Counted from the first letter of the stretch, positions 49,407 through 60,339 are shown. The stretch: DNA of 64,000 nucleotides from an uncultured Planctomycetota bacterium (GCA_963737655.1 CAVTTN010000002.1:4416001-4480000), one strand, 5' to 3'. Notes: a model not told the origin generated them from the letters alone. Translations and numbers: made by a program.

Positions 49407-49685
49407 ATGGTTGTCTCGAACGCACCGATCCCGACCAAGACGATCAAAGATGGGCTGGCCGACCGGCTCCGCCTGGTCTCGATGGACTTCGCCCGCCAGA
49501 AGCCTGGGCAACGCCTGTGCGATGTCCTGGGCCTGCCGCCCCGGACCCTCCAGAACTACGAGTCCGGCTGCACGATCCCGGCCGAGGTGATCCTGGCGAT
49601 CATCCACACTCTCGGGATCCATCCGAACTGGCTGATGACCGGCCAGGGGGCCCGGTATCGCCCCGCGAGCGTCAACCTCGATTGA
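49407..49685 (+). CDS. XRE-type helix-turn-helix protein
   Basis: LGLPPRTLQNYESGCTIPAEVIL...IHPNWLMTGQG. Confidence 0.8.
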   Translation: MVVSNAPIPTKTIKDGLADRLRLVSMDFARQKPGQRLCDVLGLPPRTLQNYESGCTIPAEVILAIIHTLGIHPNWLMTGQGARYRPASVNLD

Positions 49686-49760
49686 TGGCTCCGGTCCGGT
49701 GCGGGCCGGCTCCCGGGACCGACGCCTTTCGCCGCCGAGTGCCGGAGGATCGGGACGACG

Positions 49761-50033
49761 ATGTCCGAATCGAACGCCGAGCCGCCGCTGACCCTGCAAG
49801 TCGTCCGGCTCGATCCGACTTCGAGCTGGGACGACTCGATCCATTGCCTGGCTTGCGGGGAAGGCCTGGACGTCAATCAGCCGGACCTGGCCGACCCCGA
49901 CCATCTGCTCGGGACGTGCCCGGCCTGCGGCTCGTGGCACCTCCTGGCTTGGGGCGAGGGGGAGGAGGCCGGCCTGATCTGCCGGCTGCCGGACTGGTCG
50001 GCGCTGAGGAAGGCCGCGGCCCCTCGGTCCTGA
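49761..50033 (+). CDS. Small zinc-ribbon protein
   Basis: CLAC...QPD...LLGTCPACGSW; GGAGG upstream. Confidence 0.7.
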   Translation: MSESNAEPPLTLQVVRLDPTSSWDDSIHCLACGEGLDVNQPDLADPDHLLGTCPACGSWHLLAWGEGEEAGLICRLPDWSALRKAAAPRS

Positions 50034-50245
50034 TCGGGCGAGGCGACGCGCGGCTCTCGGCGGCGCCGAACGGCCGGGCCGGAAGATTTCCGCTGGCGGT
50101 CCGGGGCCCGGGCCTGGTAGGATCACACGGAATGACCGAGAGGCCCATGACGCGGCCCCTCGGCGAGGGTCCGGAGAGCCCGTGAGTCGCCCGATCGGCG
50201 GCCCTCGGGCTCGTTTCGTTTCAGGACCGAAGGGTGGTTCGCCCG

Positions 50246-51427
50246 ATGGACGCCCAGTTGCGATTGCGTCGCTACCGAGAGCTCCAGGCGTATGTCGGCT
50301 GGTCCGACGCCGACGCCTCCCGGGTCGCCTCGCTGGCGACGGCCGTCGAGCCGAGGCTGCCGGCCCTGATCGACGACTTCTACGAGGCGATCCTTCGCCA
50401 CGAAGGTGCCCGAAAAGTCCTCACCGGAGGCGCCCCCCAGGTCGAGAGGCTCAAGGGGACGCTCCGGAGGTGGGTCCGCGAGCTCCTGGCCGGTCGGTAC
50501 GATTCGGAGTACGTCGAGGGGCGATGGCGGGTCGGCTGGCGTCACGTGGAGATCGGCCTCGATCAGGTCTATACCAACGTGGCCCTGTCGCGACTCCGGG
50601 CCGGCCTGGCGAGGGCCGCCGAGGAAGGCTGGACCGGCCCGCGAGAGGCCCTCCCGGACGCCCTCCTCTCGCTCGACACCCTGCTGGACCTGGACCTCGC
50701 CATCGTCGAGGACGCCTACCAGGCCGAGTATTCCGCCCGGCTCCAGAGGACCGAGAGGCTCGCCACGCTCGGCCAGGTCGCCGGGGGCGTCGCCCACGAA
50801 TTGCGCAATCCCTTGAATGTGATCAAGACATCCGCGTATTTCCTGCTGAATGCGCGAGCCGCCTCGGCCGAGAAGTCGGCCGAGCACCTCCGGCGGATCG
50901 AGAGGAACGTGGACCTGGCCGACGGCGTGATCCAGTCGCTGTCCAGCTTCGCCAGGATGCCCGCGCCGGGCCTGGGCCGCGTCCCCCTGGATGCCTGCCT
51001 GCGAGAGGCTTTGGAGCTGAACCCCCCGGGCGATTCGGTCGCCGTGGCCCTGGACTGCCCGGAGTCCTTGCCGGCGGCCGTGGGCGACGTGGACGGCCTC
51101 CGGATCGTCTTCGGCAACCTGATCCGCAACGCCGGGGACGCCATGCCCGGAGGCGGCCGCCTGGCGATCTCCGCCTCGGCCGGCGACGGGCGGATCGAGG
51201 TCCGGGTCGTCGATTCGGGCGTGGGCATCCCGCCCGAGGCGCTGGCCCGGGTCACCGAACCCCTGTTCTCGACCAAGGCCCGCGGGCTCGGCCTGGGCCT
51301 GGCGATCGTCCGGTCGATCCTGGAGCGGATCGGCGGCCGGCTGGACGTCCGGAGCCGGCCGGGCGAGGGAAGCACGTTCACCGTGAGCCTCGTGTCCGCA
51401 CCGATCGATCGGGAGATCGGTCCATGA
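50246..51427 (+). CDS. Globin-coupled (protoglobin-domain) sensor histidine kinase
   Basis: YVGWSDAD...IDDFYEAI...RVGWRHVEIGL sensor-globin pattern; AHELRNPL; NLIRNA; DSGVG; FSTK; GLGLGL. Confidence 0.88.
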   Translation: MDAQLRLRRYRELQAYVGWSDADASRVASLATAVEPRLPALIDDFYEAILRHEGARKVLTGGAPQVERLKGTLRRWVRELLAGRYDSEYVEGRWRVGWRHVEIGLDQVYTNVALSRLRAGLARAAEEGWTGPREALPDALLSLDTLLDLDLAIVEDAYQAEYSARLQRTERLATLGQVAGGVAHELRNPLNVIKTSAYFLLNARAASAEKSAEHLRRIERNVDLADGVIQSLSSFARMPAPGLGRVPLDACLREALELNPPGDSVAVALDCPESLPAAVGDVDGLRIVFGNLIRNAGDAMPGGGRLAISASAGDGRIEVRVVDSGVGIPPEALARVTEPLFSTKARGLGLGLAIVRSILERIGGRLDVRSRPGEGSTFTVSLVSAPIDREIGP

Positions 51428-53262
51428 GCGCGCCGGCACCCCTGGAAATCCTGGTCGTCGAGGACGACGCCGACGCCTCGGCCAACGTCCGCGACATCCT
51501 CGAGCTCGACGGCCACCGGGTCCGATCGGCCGCGACGGCCGCCGAGGCGCTGTCGCATCCGGCGCTCGCCGAATTCGCCGCGATCGTGCTCGACCGCAAG
51601 CTGCCCGACGCCACGGCCGAGACGCTCCTGCCCGCGCTCCGGTCCGCGGCGCCGGGGGCGGCGATCGTCGTGGTGACCGGCTTCGCGGACCTCCACGGGG
51701 CCATCGCCGCGCTCCGCCAGGGGGCGGCCGACTACATCCTCAAGCCGATCGACGCGGGGGAGCTGCGGGCCCGGATCGGCCGGGTCGCGGAGGTCCGCCG
51801 GGCCGAGGAGGCGAGGCGGGCCGCCGAGCGCCGCTATCGGATCCTCGTCCAGAATTCGGCCGATATCATCACCGCCTTCGACGTCCACGGCACGGTCTTA
51901 TATCAGGGCCCGTCGGTCGAGCGCGTCCTGGGCCGGGGCGTGGAGGCCCGCGTCGGCGAGAACATCCTCGACGACCCGATCGTCCACCCCGACGACCTGC
52001 CCGCCAAGCGCGCCTTCCTCGACGACGCCCGGAATCGCCCCGGAGAGACCGTCACCGCCACGTTCCGCCTGCGACACGCCGACGGCTCGTATCGCGAGAT
52101 CGAGGCCTCGGGCACCAACCTCCTGGATGACCCGGAGGTCGGCGCGATCACCGCCAGCTACCGGGACATCACGGCGAGGAAACGGGCCGAGGACGCGCTC
52201 AGGCAGTCCGAGGAGCGGTTCCGAGGGCTGGTCGAGGCGGCCGAGTGCCTGATCGTGATGCTCCGGCCCGACCGTTCGATCGCCTACCTGAGCCCGTTCG
52301 CCGAGAGGCTGACGGGCCGGCCGGCGTCGGAGGCCCTGGGGCGGGACTTCCTCGGCCTGTTCGTGCCCGAGGCGGACCGCCCGGCGGCCTCCCTCGAGCT
52401 GGGCCGGGCCCTGGAGGGCAAGCCGACTCCCGGGTTCCAGAACGCCATCCTCTGCCGGGACGGGACCCGCCGATGGGTGGCCTGGAACAGCCGGGCCCTG
52501 CCCGATTTCGAGGGCGGGCCGGCCCTCCTGCAGGTCGGCCAGGACATCACCCACCTCAAGACGGCCCAGGACCGCGCGTTGCAGGCCGAGAGGCTCGCCG
52601 CCATCGGCCAGATGGTCGCCGGGCTCGCCCACGAGAGCCGCAACGCCCTGCAACGGGCCCAGGCCTGCCTGGAGATGCTCGCCCGGCACGCCCGCGGCCG
52701 CGCCGAGGAACTCGACCTGATCGACCGCATCCAGAAGGCCCAGGACCACCTCCACCACCTCTTCGAGGACGTCCGCGGCTACGCCGCCCCGATCCTCCTG
52801 GACCGCCGGGTTTGCGACCCGGCCGACTCCTGGAGGGAAGCCTGGGCCGACCTGGAAGGGCCGAGGCGAGGCCGGGACGCCCGGCTCGTCGAGCACCTCG
52901 GCGAGGCCGACCGGCGATGCCTGGCCGACGCCTTCCGGCTCAAGCTGGTCTTCGCCAACATCCTGGACAACGCCCTGGCCTCGCGACCCGGGGCCGTCGA
53001 GGTCCTCGTCTCGTCCGAGGCCGACGAGGTCGACGGCCGGCCCGCCCTCCGCCTCTCGTTTCGCGACGACGGACCCGGGCTCGATCCCGAGGCCCGCCGG
53101 CGCATCTTCGACCCGTTCTTCACCACCAAGACCAAGGGGACCGGCCTGGGCATGGCCATCGCCCGGAGGATCGTCGAGGCCCACGGCGGCCGGATCTCCG
53201 TCGGCGAGGGCGACGCCCCGGGCGCCGAGGTCCTCGTCACCCTGCCGCGAGGCGGACCATGA
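51424..53262 (+). CDS. Hybrid REC-PAS-PAS histidine kinase
   Basis: N-terminal receiver (VVEDD, LDRKLPD, YILKP), two PAS/PAC domains, LAHESRNALQ, FDPFFTTK, GTGLG; ATGA overlap. Confidence 0.9.
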   Translation: MSAPAPLEILVVEDDADASANVRDILELDGHRVRSAATAAEALSHPALAEFAAIVLDRKLPDATAETLLPALRSAAPGAAIVVVTGFADLHGAIAALRQGAADYILKPIDAGELRARIGRVAEVRRAEEARRAAERRYRILVQNSADIITAFDVHGTVLYQGPSVERVLGRGVEARVGENILDDPIVHPDDLPAKRAFLDDARNRPGETVTATFRLRHADGSYREIEASGTNLLDDPEVGAITASYRDITARKRAEDALRQSEERFRGLVEAAECLIVMLRPDRSIAYLSPFAERLTGRPASEALGRDFLGLFVPEADRPAASLELGRALEGKPTPGFQNAILCRDGTRRWVAWNSRALPDFEGGPALLQVGQDITHLKTAQDRALQAERLAAIGQMVAGLAHESRNALQRAQACLEMLARHARGRAEELDLIDRIQKAQDHLHHLFEDVRGYAAPILLDRRVCDPADSWREAWADLEGPRRGRDARLVEHLGEADRRCLADAFRLKLVFANILDNALASRPGAVEVLVSSEADEVDGRPALRLSFRDDGPGLDPEARRRIFDPFFTTKTKGTGLGMAIARRIVEAHGGRISVGEGDAPGAEVLVTLPRGGP

Positions 53263-53858
53263 GCCGATCCCTGCGAATCGCCGTCGCCGACGACGAGCCC
53301 GACATGAGGGACTATTTCCGCACCATCCTGCCCGAGCTCGGGCACCTGGTCGTCGCCTCCGCTGCTACCGGCCGGGAGCTCGTCGCGGCCTGCCTCGCCG
53401 AGAAGCCCGACCTGGTCATCACCGACATCAAGATGCCCGACATGGACGGCATCGACGCCGCCTCGCGGATCGGCCGGGACAACCCCGTCCCCGTGATCCT
53501 CGTCTCCGCCTACCACGACGCCGAGTTCATCCGCCGGGCCGAGGCCGACCACGTCCTGGCCTATCTCGTCAAGCCGATCAAGGGCGCCGACCTCGAACCG
53601 GCCATCGCCATCGCCATGAGGCGGTTCGAGCAGTTCCAGGAGATGAGGCGCGAGGCCCACGACCTCAAGCAGGCCCTGGAAGACCGCAAGACGATCGAGA
53701 AGGCCAAGGGCCTGCTCATGAAGAAGGCCGGCCTGGACGAGGCCGACGCCTTCCGCCGGCTCCAGAGGCTCGCCAGCGACAAGAACCTCAAGCTCGTCGC
53801 CGTCGCCCAGATGATCCTGACCGCCGAGGAAGCCTTCGGCCCCTCCGGCCGGCCCTGA
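53259..53858 (+). CDS. ANTAR-domain response regulator
   Basis: Receiver (TDIKMP, YLVKP) plus LEDRKTIEKAKGLLM...EADAFRRLQRLA ANTAR motif; ATGA overlap. Confidence 0.92.
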   Translation: MSRSLRIAVADDEPDMRDYFRTILPELGHLVVASAATGRELVAACLAEKPDLVITDIKMPDMDGIDAASRIGRDNPVPVILVSAYHDAEFIRRAEADHVLAYLVKPIKGADLEPAIAIAMRRFEQFQEMRREAHDLKQALEDRKTIEKAKGLLMKKAGLDEADAFRRLQRLASDKNLKLVAVAQMILTAEEAFGPSGRP

Positions 53859-53894
53859 TCCCGGCGCAAGCCGATCGGCCCCTCCGGCAAACAG

Positions 53895-53981
53895 CGGGTG
53901 GCATGCCTGCGTCTTCGTAGGCATGTCTTCGTCTCATGTTCGATCGAAGACATGCCTACGAAGACGCAGGCATGCCACCCG
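53895..53981. repeat. Long inverted repeat, GGGTGGCATGC family
   Basis: CGGGTGGCATGCCTGCGTCTTCGTAGGCATGTCTTCG, loop, exact reverse complement; between convergent genes. Confidence 0.88.
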
Positions 53982-54002
53982 AATTTACATGCGCAATCGT
54001 GG

Positions 54003-57000
54003 TCACTTCGGTGTGTCCTTGCGGAGATCGAGCATCGCGCGGCCCAGGGCGTCGCCGACGAGGAGGTAGGTCTCGGCGTTGCCGAACTCGTGGTGGCCGT
54101 GGCCCGGATTGGGCGAGTCCTCCGGCTTGCGGACGAAGTCGCGGGTCTCCACGAACGCCACGTTCCCCCGGAATTCCGGGCGTTTGGCCGCGGCGGCCTG
54201 CGCCTTTCGGAGCGCCGCCCACTCGCCGGGCGCCTCGACCCACGGGCCCGTCAATTCGCCGATCACCACCGGGAGGCCCGGGGCCTTCAGGTCTCGGCGG
54301 ACGTCGCGGATCAGGTTCGCGAGGTTCTGCTCGTATTCCGGGATCGCGTGCTTCGGATCGACCCCGTCGTTCCAGCCCTGATACCAGACGAACCCCGCGA
54401 GCTCGTACCCTTGCCCTTGATAGGCGGGGAAATCCTCCTTCAGATGGGCGAGGGCCTCTCGCACGTCCGCGAGCATTTTTTCATAGTACGGCCCCACCGT
54501 CCCGCCCGAGCTCGGCGGGCGGAAGTCGGCGAAGAGGCTCTTGCCGCCCCAGGCGGCCTTGATCAGCAGGACCGGCCCGGGGATCGCGTCCCCGACGACC
54601 CGGCCGAACCCGAGCTCGGGGCCGAAGTGGTGGGGGTCGCCATAGACGCTGAAGCCCATCCCCAGGGGGCCGGCGAGCAACGGGCCGTGCTCCCGTCGGT
54701 AGCGAACCCAGACGTCGTCGCGGGTCTTCCAGCCGCCCTGGCCGTCCTTCAGGGGGGCGACCAGGGCGGCCGTCCTCGGGTCGCGACTCAGGGCGAGGAG
54801 CGTCCCCTTGCCGTCGTTGTAGTCCTTGCCGGCCAGGTCCACCACGGCCTGCCCCTCCATGTTCGATTGCCCGGCGAGGACGAACACCTTCACGGGCTTC
54901 GCCGGGGCCTGGTCGGCGAACGCGTGGATCGTGTTGTTCAGAGTCCCGACGATCGCCCGGCCGTCGGCCCCCTTCAGGCGATAGGCGATCTCCATCCCCC
55001 GGGTCGGCGCCAGGTCGTGGAAATCGAGGCGGACGGTCTTGCCGTCGTCCTGGAGGGTGGCTTTCGAGACCGGGACGGCCCTCTCGTTCAGGTGGGGCGA
55101 GCCGTAATCGCGGCTCCTCCGCAGGCCCCAGACCTTCACGGCGAAATGGCCGGGATCGGCCGCGCTGGATGGGTCGATCGCGTCGGTGAAGCGGATCTCG
55201 ACGCCTCCGGCCCGGGCCTTCAGGCCGATCGGCAGGTCGGCCGGCTTGCCGGTGTATCGGACCCGGTACAGCCCGCCGGGCTTGGTCTGATTGCCCGCCC
55301 AGGCGAACATCCCGCAGGCGTAAAGCTGGCCGTCGGTCGGGTGGAACCGGCCCCTCATCACGCCCGTCGGGAACTCGGGGATCGGCAGCGGGCAGACTCC
55401 GCCCTGCGCCTGCCCATCAACCTTCTCGTAAGGCACCACATAGATCTTGCCCTGACCATAAGAAAGGTTGAGCAGCGACCCCTTCAGCGGCCCCCACGCC
55501 TCGCTCGTGACCCACACGAGCTCGGCCGGAGACCGATCGACGGCGTTGGTGATCCAGCACAGCGGCTGTTTCATGGCCGAATCGGACGGGTCGGTGATCT
55601 CGGTGAAGCCCCAGAGGTTGCCGTAAAACCCGCCCTTCTCGACCAGGTTGATCCGGTTCTTCGGGGTCCAGAAGCCTTCCTGATCGGTGACGAAGAACGT
55701 GCCGTCGGGGTTCAGGCACACGCCGTTGGCCGCGCGGAAGCCGGTGGCGAGGATCTCGGTCGATCCGCCGTCGCGGCCTACCTTCAGCAACGTCCCGTGA
55801 TGGGGGACGACGGCGGGCAACCCGTGCCGGCCGCTCTTGGCGTAGTAGAAATTCCCGTCGGGGTCGGCCTGCAACCCCATCGCGAACTCGTGGAAGTGCT
55901 CGGTGACCTGATGGTCGTTGTTCACGCAATCATAGAAGTCGGTCTCGCCGTCGCCGTTGAGGTCGCGGAGCCGGACGATCTGGTCCCGGCAGCAGACGAA
56001 GATCTCGCCGTCGCGGAGCTTCAGGCCCAGGGGCTGGAAGAGTCCGGCGGCGATCCGCGACCAGGACAGCCCGAGCTCGGGCCGATCGAACCCGGAGACC
56101 TTCCAGACGTCGCCGTCCCACGAGCAAATCGCGGCGGACTTGCCGTCGGGGAAGAAGTCGAACCCGGTCAGGCGGACCTGAGCGTTCCATGGGTTCGGCT
56201 CGGGCAGGGCGAACGTGTCGACGGCGAACGGGCCGTCGTCCTTGCCGAGGGAGACGGCCGTTTTCAGGGATTGCGGCCATCGCCTCGGGCCTCCGAGGGT
56301 CAAGGGGGCCAGGGGCTTCGGCGGAGGAGAGGTCCGGGCCAGGGCGTCGAGCGACCCGGTTTCCCCCTCGGCCATCAACAGCTTCACGAGAGTCGGCGAG
56401 GTGCTGGCGGGGACCTTCAACACCGTGAAATCGGCCCGATGGACGAGCTCCGCCCCGCGACCGACCAGCGCGACGGCCTCTCCCGGAGGCGCGATCCGGG
56501 CCAGGAGCTCCCGGGGCGTCGGGCCGATTTCCAGGGTCCGCGAGAAGACCACGCGATCGGCCGGGCCCGCCTCGGCCCCGAACGATTCGAGGACCTCGGC
56601 CGATCCGACGGTGGACGAGACGATCGTCTGATCGCCGAAGTGGTACAGCCCTCGATAGCGGGCCCACGGCCGGGGCAACGGGCCGTAGCGGCGGCCGTCC
56701 CGGCCGATCAGGCGAGGGTCGTCGAACCGGCCGGTCTCGGGATCGGCCCAGCCCGGCCCCGGGGGATTGGCGAGATCGACCCGCCCGACGAGCGTCGGGT
56801 GGGCCTGGTGCTGGCCGTTGAAGTGGATGCCGTGCCAGTCGATGAACCCCCGCCCGGACCACGCCGCCGCGAGCCTCATCGTGTCGTGGTCGAACAGGGC
56901 CCAGCGGTCGCCTCTTGAGACGCCGCCCGGACCGGCGTCGAGCCGGATCGCGATCCCCTTGTACGCGAAGTTCGGCCCGGGGCCGCCCACCTCATAGGTG

Positions 57001-58063
57001 TTCATGAGGCTCGGGCCATAGTCCATCGCCACCCACGGCTCCTGATTCACCGGGGCCGGCCCGAGGCTCGTCCCCCGGGGCAGCCCGTCGAGATAGGCGC
57101 GATCGACCTTCGCGTATTGCGACGGATTCTCCGCCTTCAAATAGGTTTCGCGGAGATAATGGATCACGTCGTACTTCTGCCGGGGGACCATCCACGTCTG
57201 CGGGGCCATCTGGCCGTAGCCTCGCGTCAGGGTCTGATAGAGGCTGAACGGGTCGGAGCCGTTCTTGAACCGGTCGGTCGCGAACCTCAGGGAGCTGGGC
57301 ATCGAGCCCGGCCCGGCCTTCGTCCCGTGGCAGTTGGCGCAACTCGGGTGAAGATCGCCTCCCCTCGGCGGAGCGCGGAGTCGTCCAGGGAGCCGATCAG
57401 GCGGGCGTGGTCGATGGTCGCCTCGTACTCGGCGATCGTCGGCAGGGCCCGCGAGGGGCGGAGCTCGGCCTCTCGCGTCGGGCCGTGCTCGGCGATCTCG
57501 ATCAGGTATTTCGCCAGGTCGAGGAACTGCTGACGGTCCGAGAGGAGGTTGGCGAGGCCGTCGGGCATCGCCGATCGTTCGGCGGTCGCTCGCGTCTCGA
57601 TCTCGTCGGCGGCGAAGACGACCCTGCGCCCGCCGGCCGAGGGGTCGAGCAGGGTGATCCGGCCGTCCTTCTCCTCGATCGATCGACCCGAGAACGTCCG
57701 GCCGTCTTTCAGGGCGATCACGACGGTCTCGTACCCCTTGCGGATCACCTTCGAGGGCATGAGGACCGCCTCGATCCGCGATTCGGCCGTCGCCTCCGGG
57801 CCGGGGCGTGCCAGGTCGGGGCCGAGCGAGTCGCCGGAGGGGCCGTCGTGGCACCGGGAGCACTGGAGGAACGGCTGGAAGAACAGGACCGCCCCCCGGG
57901 CGGCGTCGCCGGCCTCCCGCGCCGATTTCGCGAGGTTGGCGACGCCCTCGCCCTGGAGCGATTCGGCCAGGGAGGGCGCCGGGTCCGCCGCGACGGCCGG
58001 GCTGGCGGCGAAGGCCCAGAGGACGAGGCCGATCGCGATCCGTGGAGGTCCGAGGAAGATCAT
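54003..58063 (-). CDS. Multidomain exported protein: two cytochrome c domains, DUF6797-like region, beta-propeller and C-terminal SASA (sialate O-acetylesterase-type) domain; frameshift at ~57341
   Basis: GDAARGAVLF...CSRCH; S.MPDGL; RV-CANCH restored by adding one T; DLNGDGETDFY, GFRAANG; LAGQSNMEG, WYQGWND, GHHEFGN. Confidence 0.8.
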
Positions 58064-60339
58064 CGGGGAGCGGTCCCTGGGAGGTCCGGCCGGGCGGCGG
58101 CGGGGAGGTTTTCTTCGAAGTATCGCGTGATCAGGTTGTAGAGATGCCTGGACGTGTTCTCGCCCTCGAAGATCCCGTGCGAGCGGTTGGGATAGGCCAT
58201 CAGGCGGAAGTCCTTGTCCGCTGCGACGAGCCGATCGACGAGCCTCTCGCAGCTCTGGTAATGGCAATTGTCGTCGCCCGTGCCGTGGATCAGGAGGAGC
58301 TTGCCTTGGAGCCGGCCGGCGAACGTGATCGGCGAGCCGTCCCGGTAGCCGTCCGGGTTGTCGGCCGGCAGGCCCATGTACCGCTCCTGATAGATCGTGT
58401 CGTAGAGCCTCTGATCGCTGATGAAGGCGATGGCGACGGCCGTCCGGTACAGCTCGGGGTAGCGGAAGATGGCGTTGAGGCTCATCGACCCCCCGCCGCT
58501 CCAGCCCCAGATCCCCACGCGGCCGGGATCGACGAACGGCCAGCGTTTCTCCAGGGCCTTCAGGGCATCGGCCTGGTCCTTCGAGGCGAGGATGCCGATC
58601 TGTCGATAGATGCTCTTCCGCCACGCCCGGCCCCGAGGGGCGGGCGTCCCCCGGTTGTCGATGCTGACGACCACGTACCCCTTCTGGGCCATCATCCGGT
58701 GCCACAGGGCGTTCCGGCCTCCCCAGCGGTCCAAAACGGTCTGCCCGGCGGGCTCTCCGTAGACGTGGATCAGCAACGGATACTTCTTCGAGGGGTCGAA
58801 ATCGGGAGGGCGGATCGCCCAGGCGTCGAGCTCGACGCCCTCGCCGATGTCGATCCGAAAGAACTCGGTCGGGGTCGCCCGGAGCGAGGCGAGCCGGTCC
58901 TTTGCCTTCGCGTTGTCGGCGAACGTCCGGGAGACCCGGTGGTCGGGCAGCGAGACCAGGTCGATGATCGGCGGAGAATCGAAGGTGGAAAACGTGTGGA
59001 TCGCCCAGAGGCCATCGGGCGAGACCTGGTACTCGTGGGTGCCCGGCTGGTCGGCCGGGGTCAGCCGGACGGCCGGCTTCGAGCCGTCCAGGGCGCCTCG
59101 AAACAGGTAGCGGCGAGTGGGGTCGTCGGGCGAGGCCACGAAGTCGATCTCGTTGCGACGATCGTCCACGCGGAGGACGTCCACCACGTCATACTCGCCG
59201 GGCGTGACGAGCTTCGGCTCGCCTCCGTCGCGAGGGATCGTGAACACATGACGCCAGCCGTCCCGCTCGCTGACCCAGGTGAACGCCTTGCCGCCGTCGA
59301 GCCAGTGGAGGTCCTCGACGACGTCGAGCCAGGCGGCGTCGCGATCGGTGAAAACGACCCGGGCCCGGCCGGTTTCAGCCTCGGCCAGGGTCACCTCGTT
59401 GGTGTTCTGGAGCCGGTTGAGCCTCTGGAGGACGAGTTCCTTCGAGCTCGCCGCCCAGTCCATCCGGGGAACGTAAAAGTCGCGAGAATCGCCGGGCAGA
59501 TCGACCCATCGGGTCGGCCCTCCGGTCGCCGACACCACCCCGACCCGGCACGACGGGTTCGTCTGACCGACCTTGGGATAGGGGATCGAGGTCGCTTTCG
59601 GGTAAAGGTCGGCGGTCGTGTTCACCAGCACATAATCCTTCACCCCGTCGTCGTCGACCTGCCAGAAGGCGATCCGGAGGCCGTCGGGGCTCCAGCGGAA
59701 GCCGTCTCGGAGCGAGAATTCCTCCTCGTAGACCCAATCGGTCGTGCCGTTGAACCGTCGGGCGGAGCCGTCGGCGGTCAATCGCGTGATCTTGTGATCG
59801 GCGAGGTCCTCGACGTAGAGGTCATTGGCGAGGACGTAGGCGACGCGCCGGGCGTCGGGCGAGAGCTTGGCGAACATCAGGGACGATTCGGGCGCGTCGC
59901 CCCCGAGGCGGGTCAGGGCATGAGACGGGCGGTCGAGCACCCAGTAATCGCCCCGGGTGTCCTGCCTCCAGACGCGCCTGGTGCTGGTGAAGATCAGCAG
60001 GGTCCGGCCATCGGGGGTCAGCGAATACTCGGCGATCCCCAGGGGCCCCGAGGCTCCGGTCGGGGTCAGCTCCGGCGCGGAGGCGAGGATCTCGCGGGCC
60101 CCGGTCGCGGGATTGTACAGGACCAGGTCCCGGCCCTTGCCGGAGGCCGAGGGTTCGAGGGTGGTATAGCCCGAGCCATCCTCCCGCCATCGGGCGGGCC
60201 CGAACCCCTCGGTGTGGAAGTCGTCGCCGAGGATGATCCGATCCACCGTCAGGATCGAGGGATCGGCGTCCTGAGCCAGGCCGATCGCGACGGTGCCCAG
60301 GATCAGGAACGCAGCCAGGCCGATCTGTCGATGCCTCAT
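58060..60339 (-). CDS. S9B dipeptidyl peptidase IV-like peptidase
   Basis: DWVYEEE, GWSGGG, HGTGDDNCH, RSHG; signal peptide. Confidence 0.93.
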   Translation of the reverse strand: MRHRQIGLAAFLILGTVAIGLAQDADPSILTVDRIILGDDFHTEGFGPARWREDGSGYTTLEPSASGKGRDLVLYNPATGAREILASAPELTPTGASGPLGIAEYSLTPDGRTLLIFTSTRRVWRQDTRGDYWVLDRPSHALTRLGGDAPESSLMFAKLSPDARRVAYVLANDLYVEDLADHKITRLTADGSARRFNGTTDWVYEEEFSLRDGFRWSPDGLRIAFWQVDDDGVKDYVLVNTTADLYPKATSIPYPKVGQTNPSCRVGVVSATGGPTRWVDLPGDSRDFYVPRMDWAASSKELVLQRLNRLQNTNEVTLAEAETGRARVVFTDRDAAWLDVVEDLHWLDGGKAFTWVSERDGWRHVFTIPRDGGEPKLVTPGEYDVVDVLRVDDRRNEIDFVASPDDPTRRYLFRGALDGSKPAVRLTPADQPGTHEYQVSPDGLWAIHTFSTFDSPPIIDLVSLPDHRVSRTFADNAKAKDRLASLRATPTEFFRIDIGEGVELDAWAIRPPDFDPSKKYPLLIHVYGEPAGQTVLDRWGGRNALWHRMMAQKGYVVVSIDNRGTPAPRGRAWRKSIYRQIGILASKDQADALKALEKRWPFVDPGRVGIWGWSGGGSMSLNAIFRYPELYRTAVAIAFISDQRLYDTIYQERYMGLPADNPDGYRDGSPITFAGRLQGKLLLIHGTGDDNCHYQSCERLVDRLVAADKDFRLMAYPNRSHGIFEGENTSRHLYNLITRYFEENLPAAARPDLPGTAPR

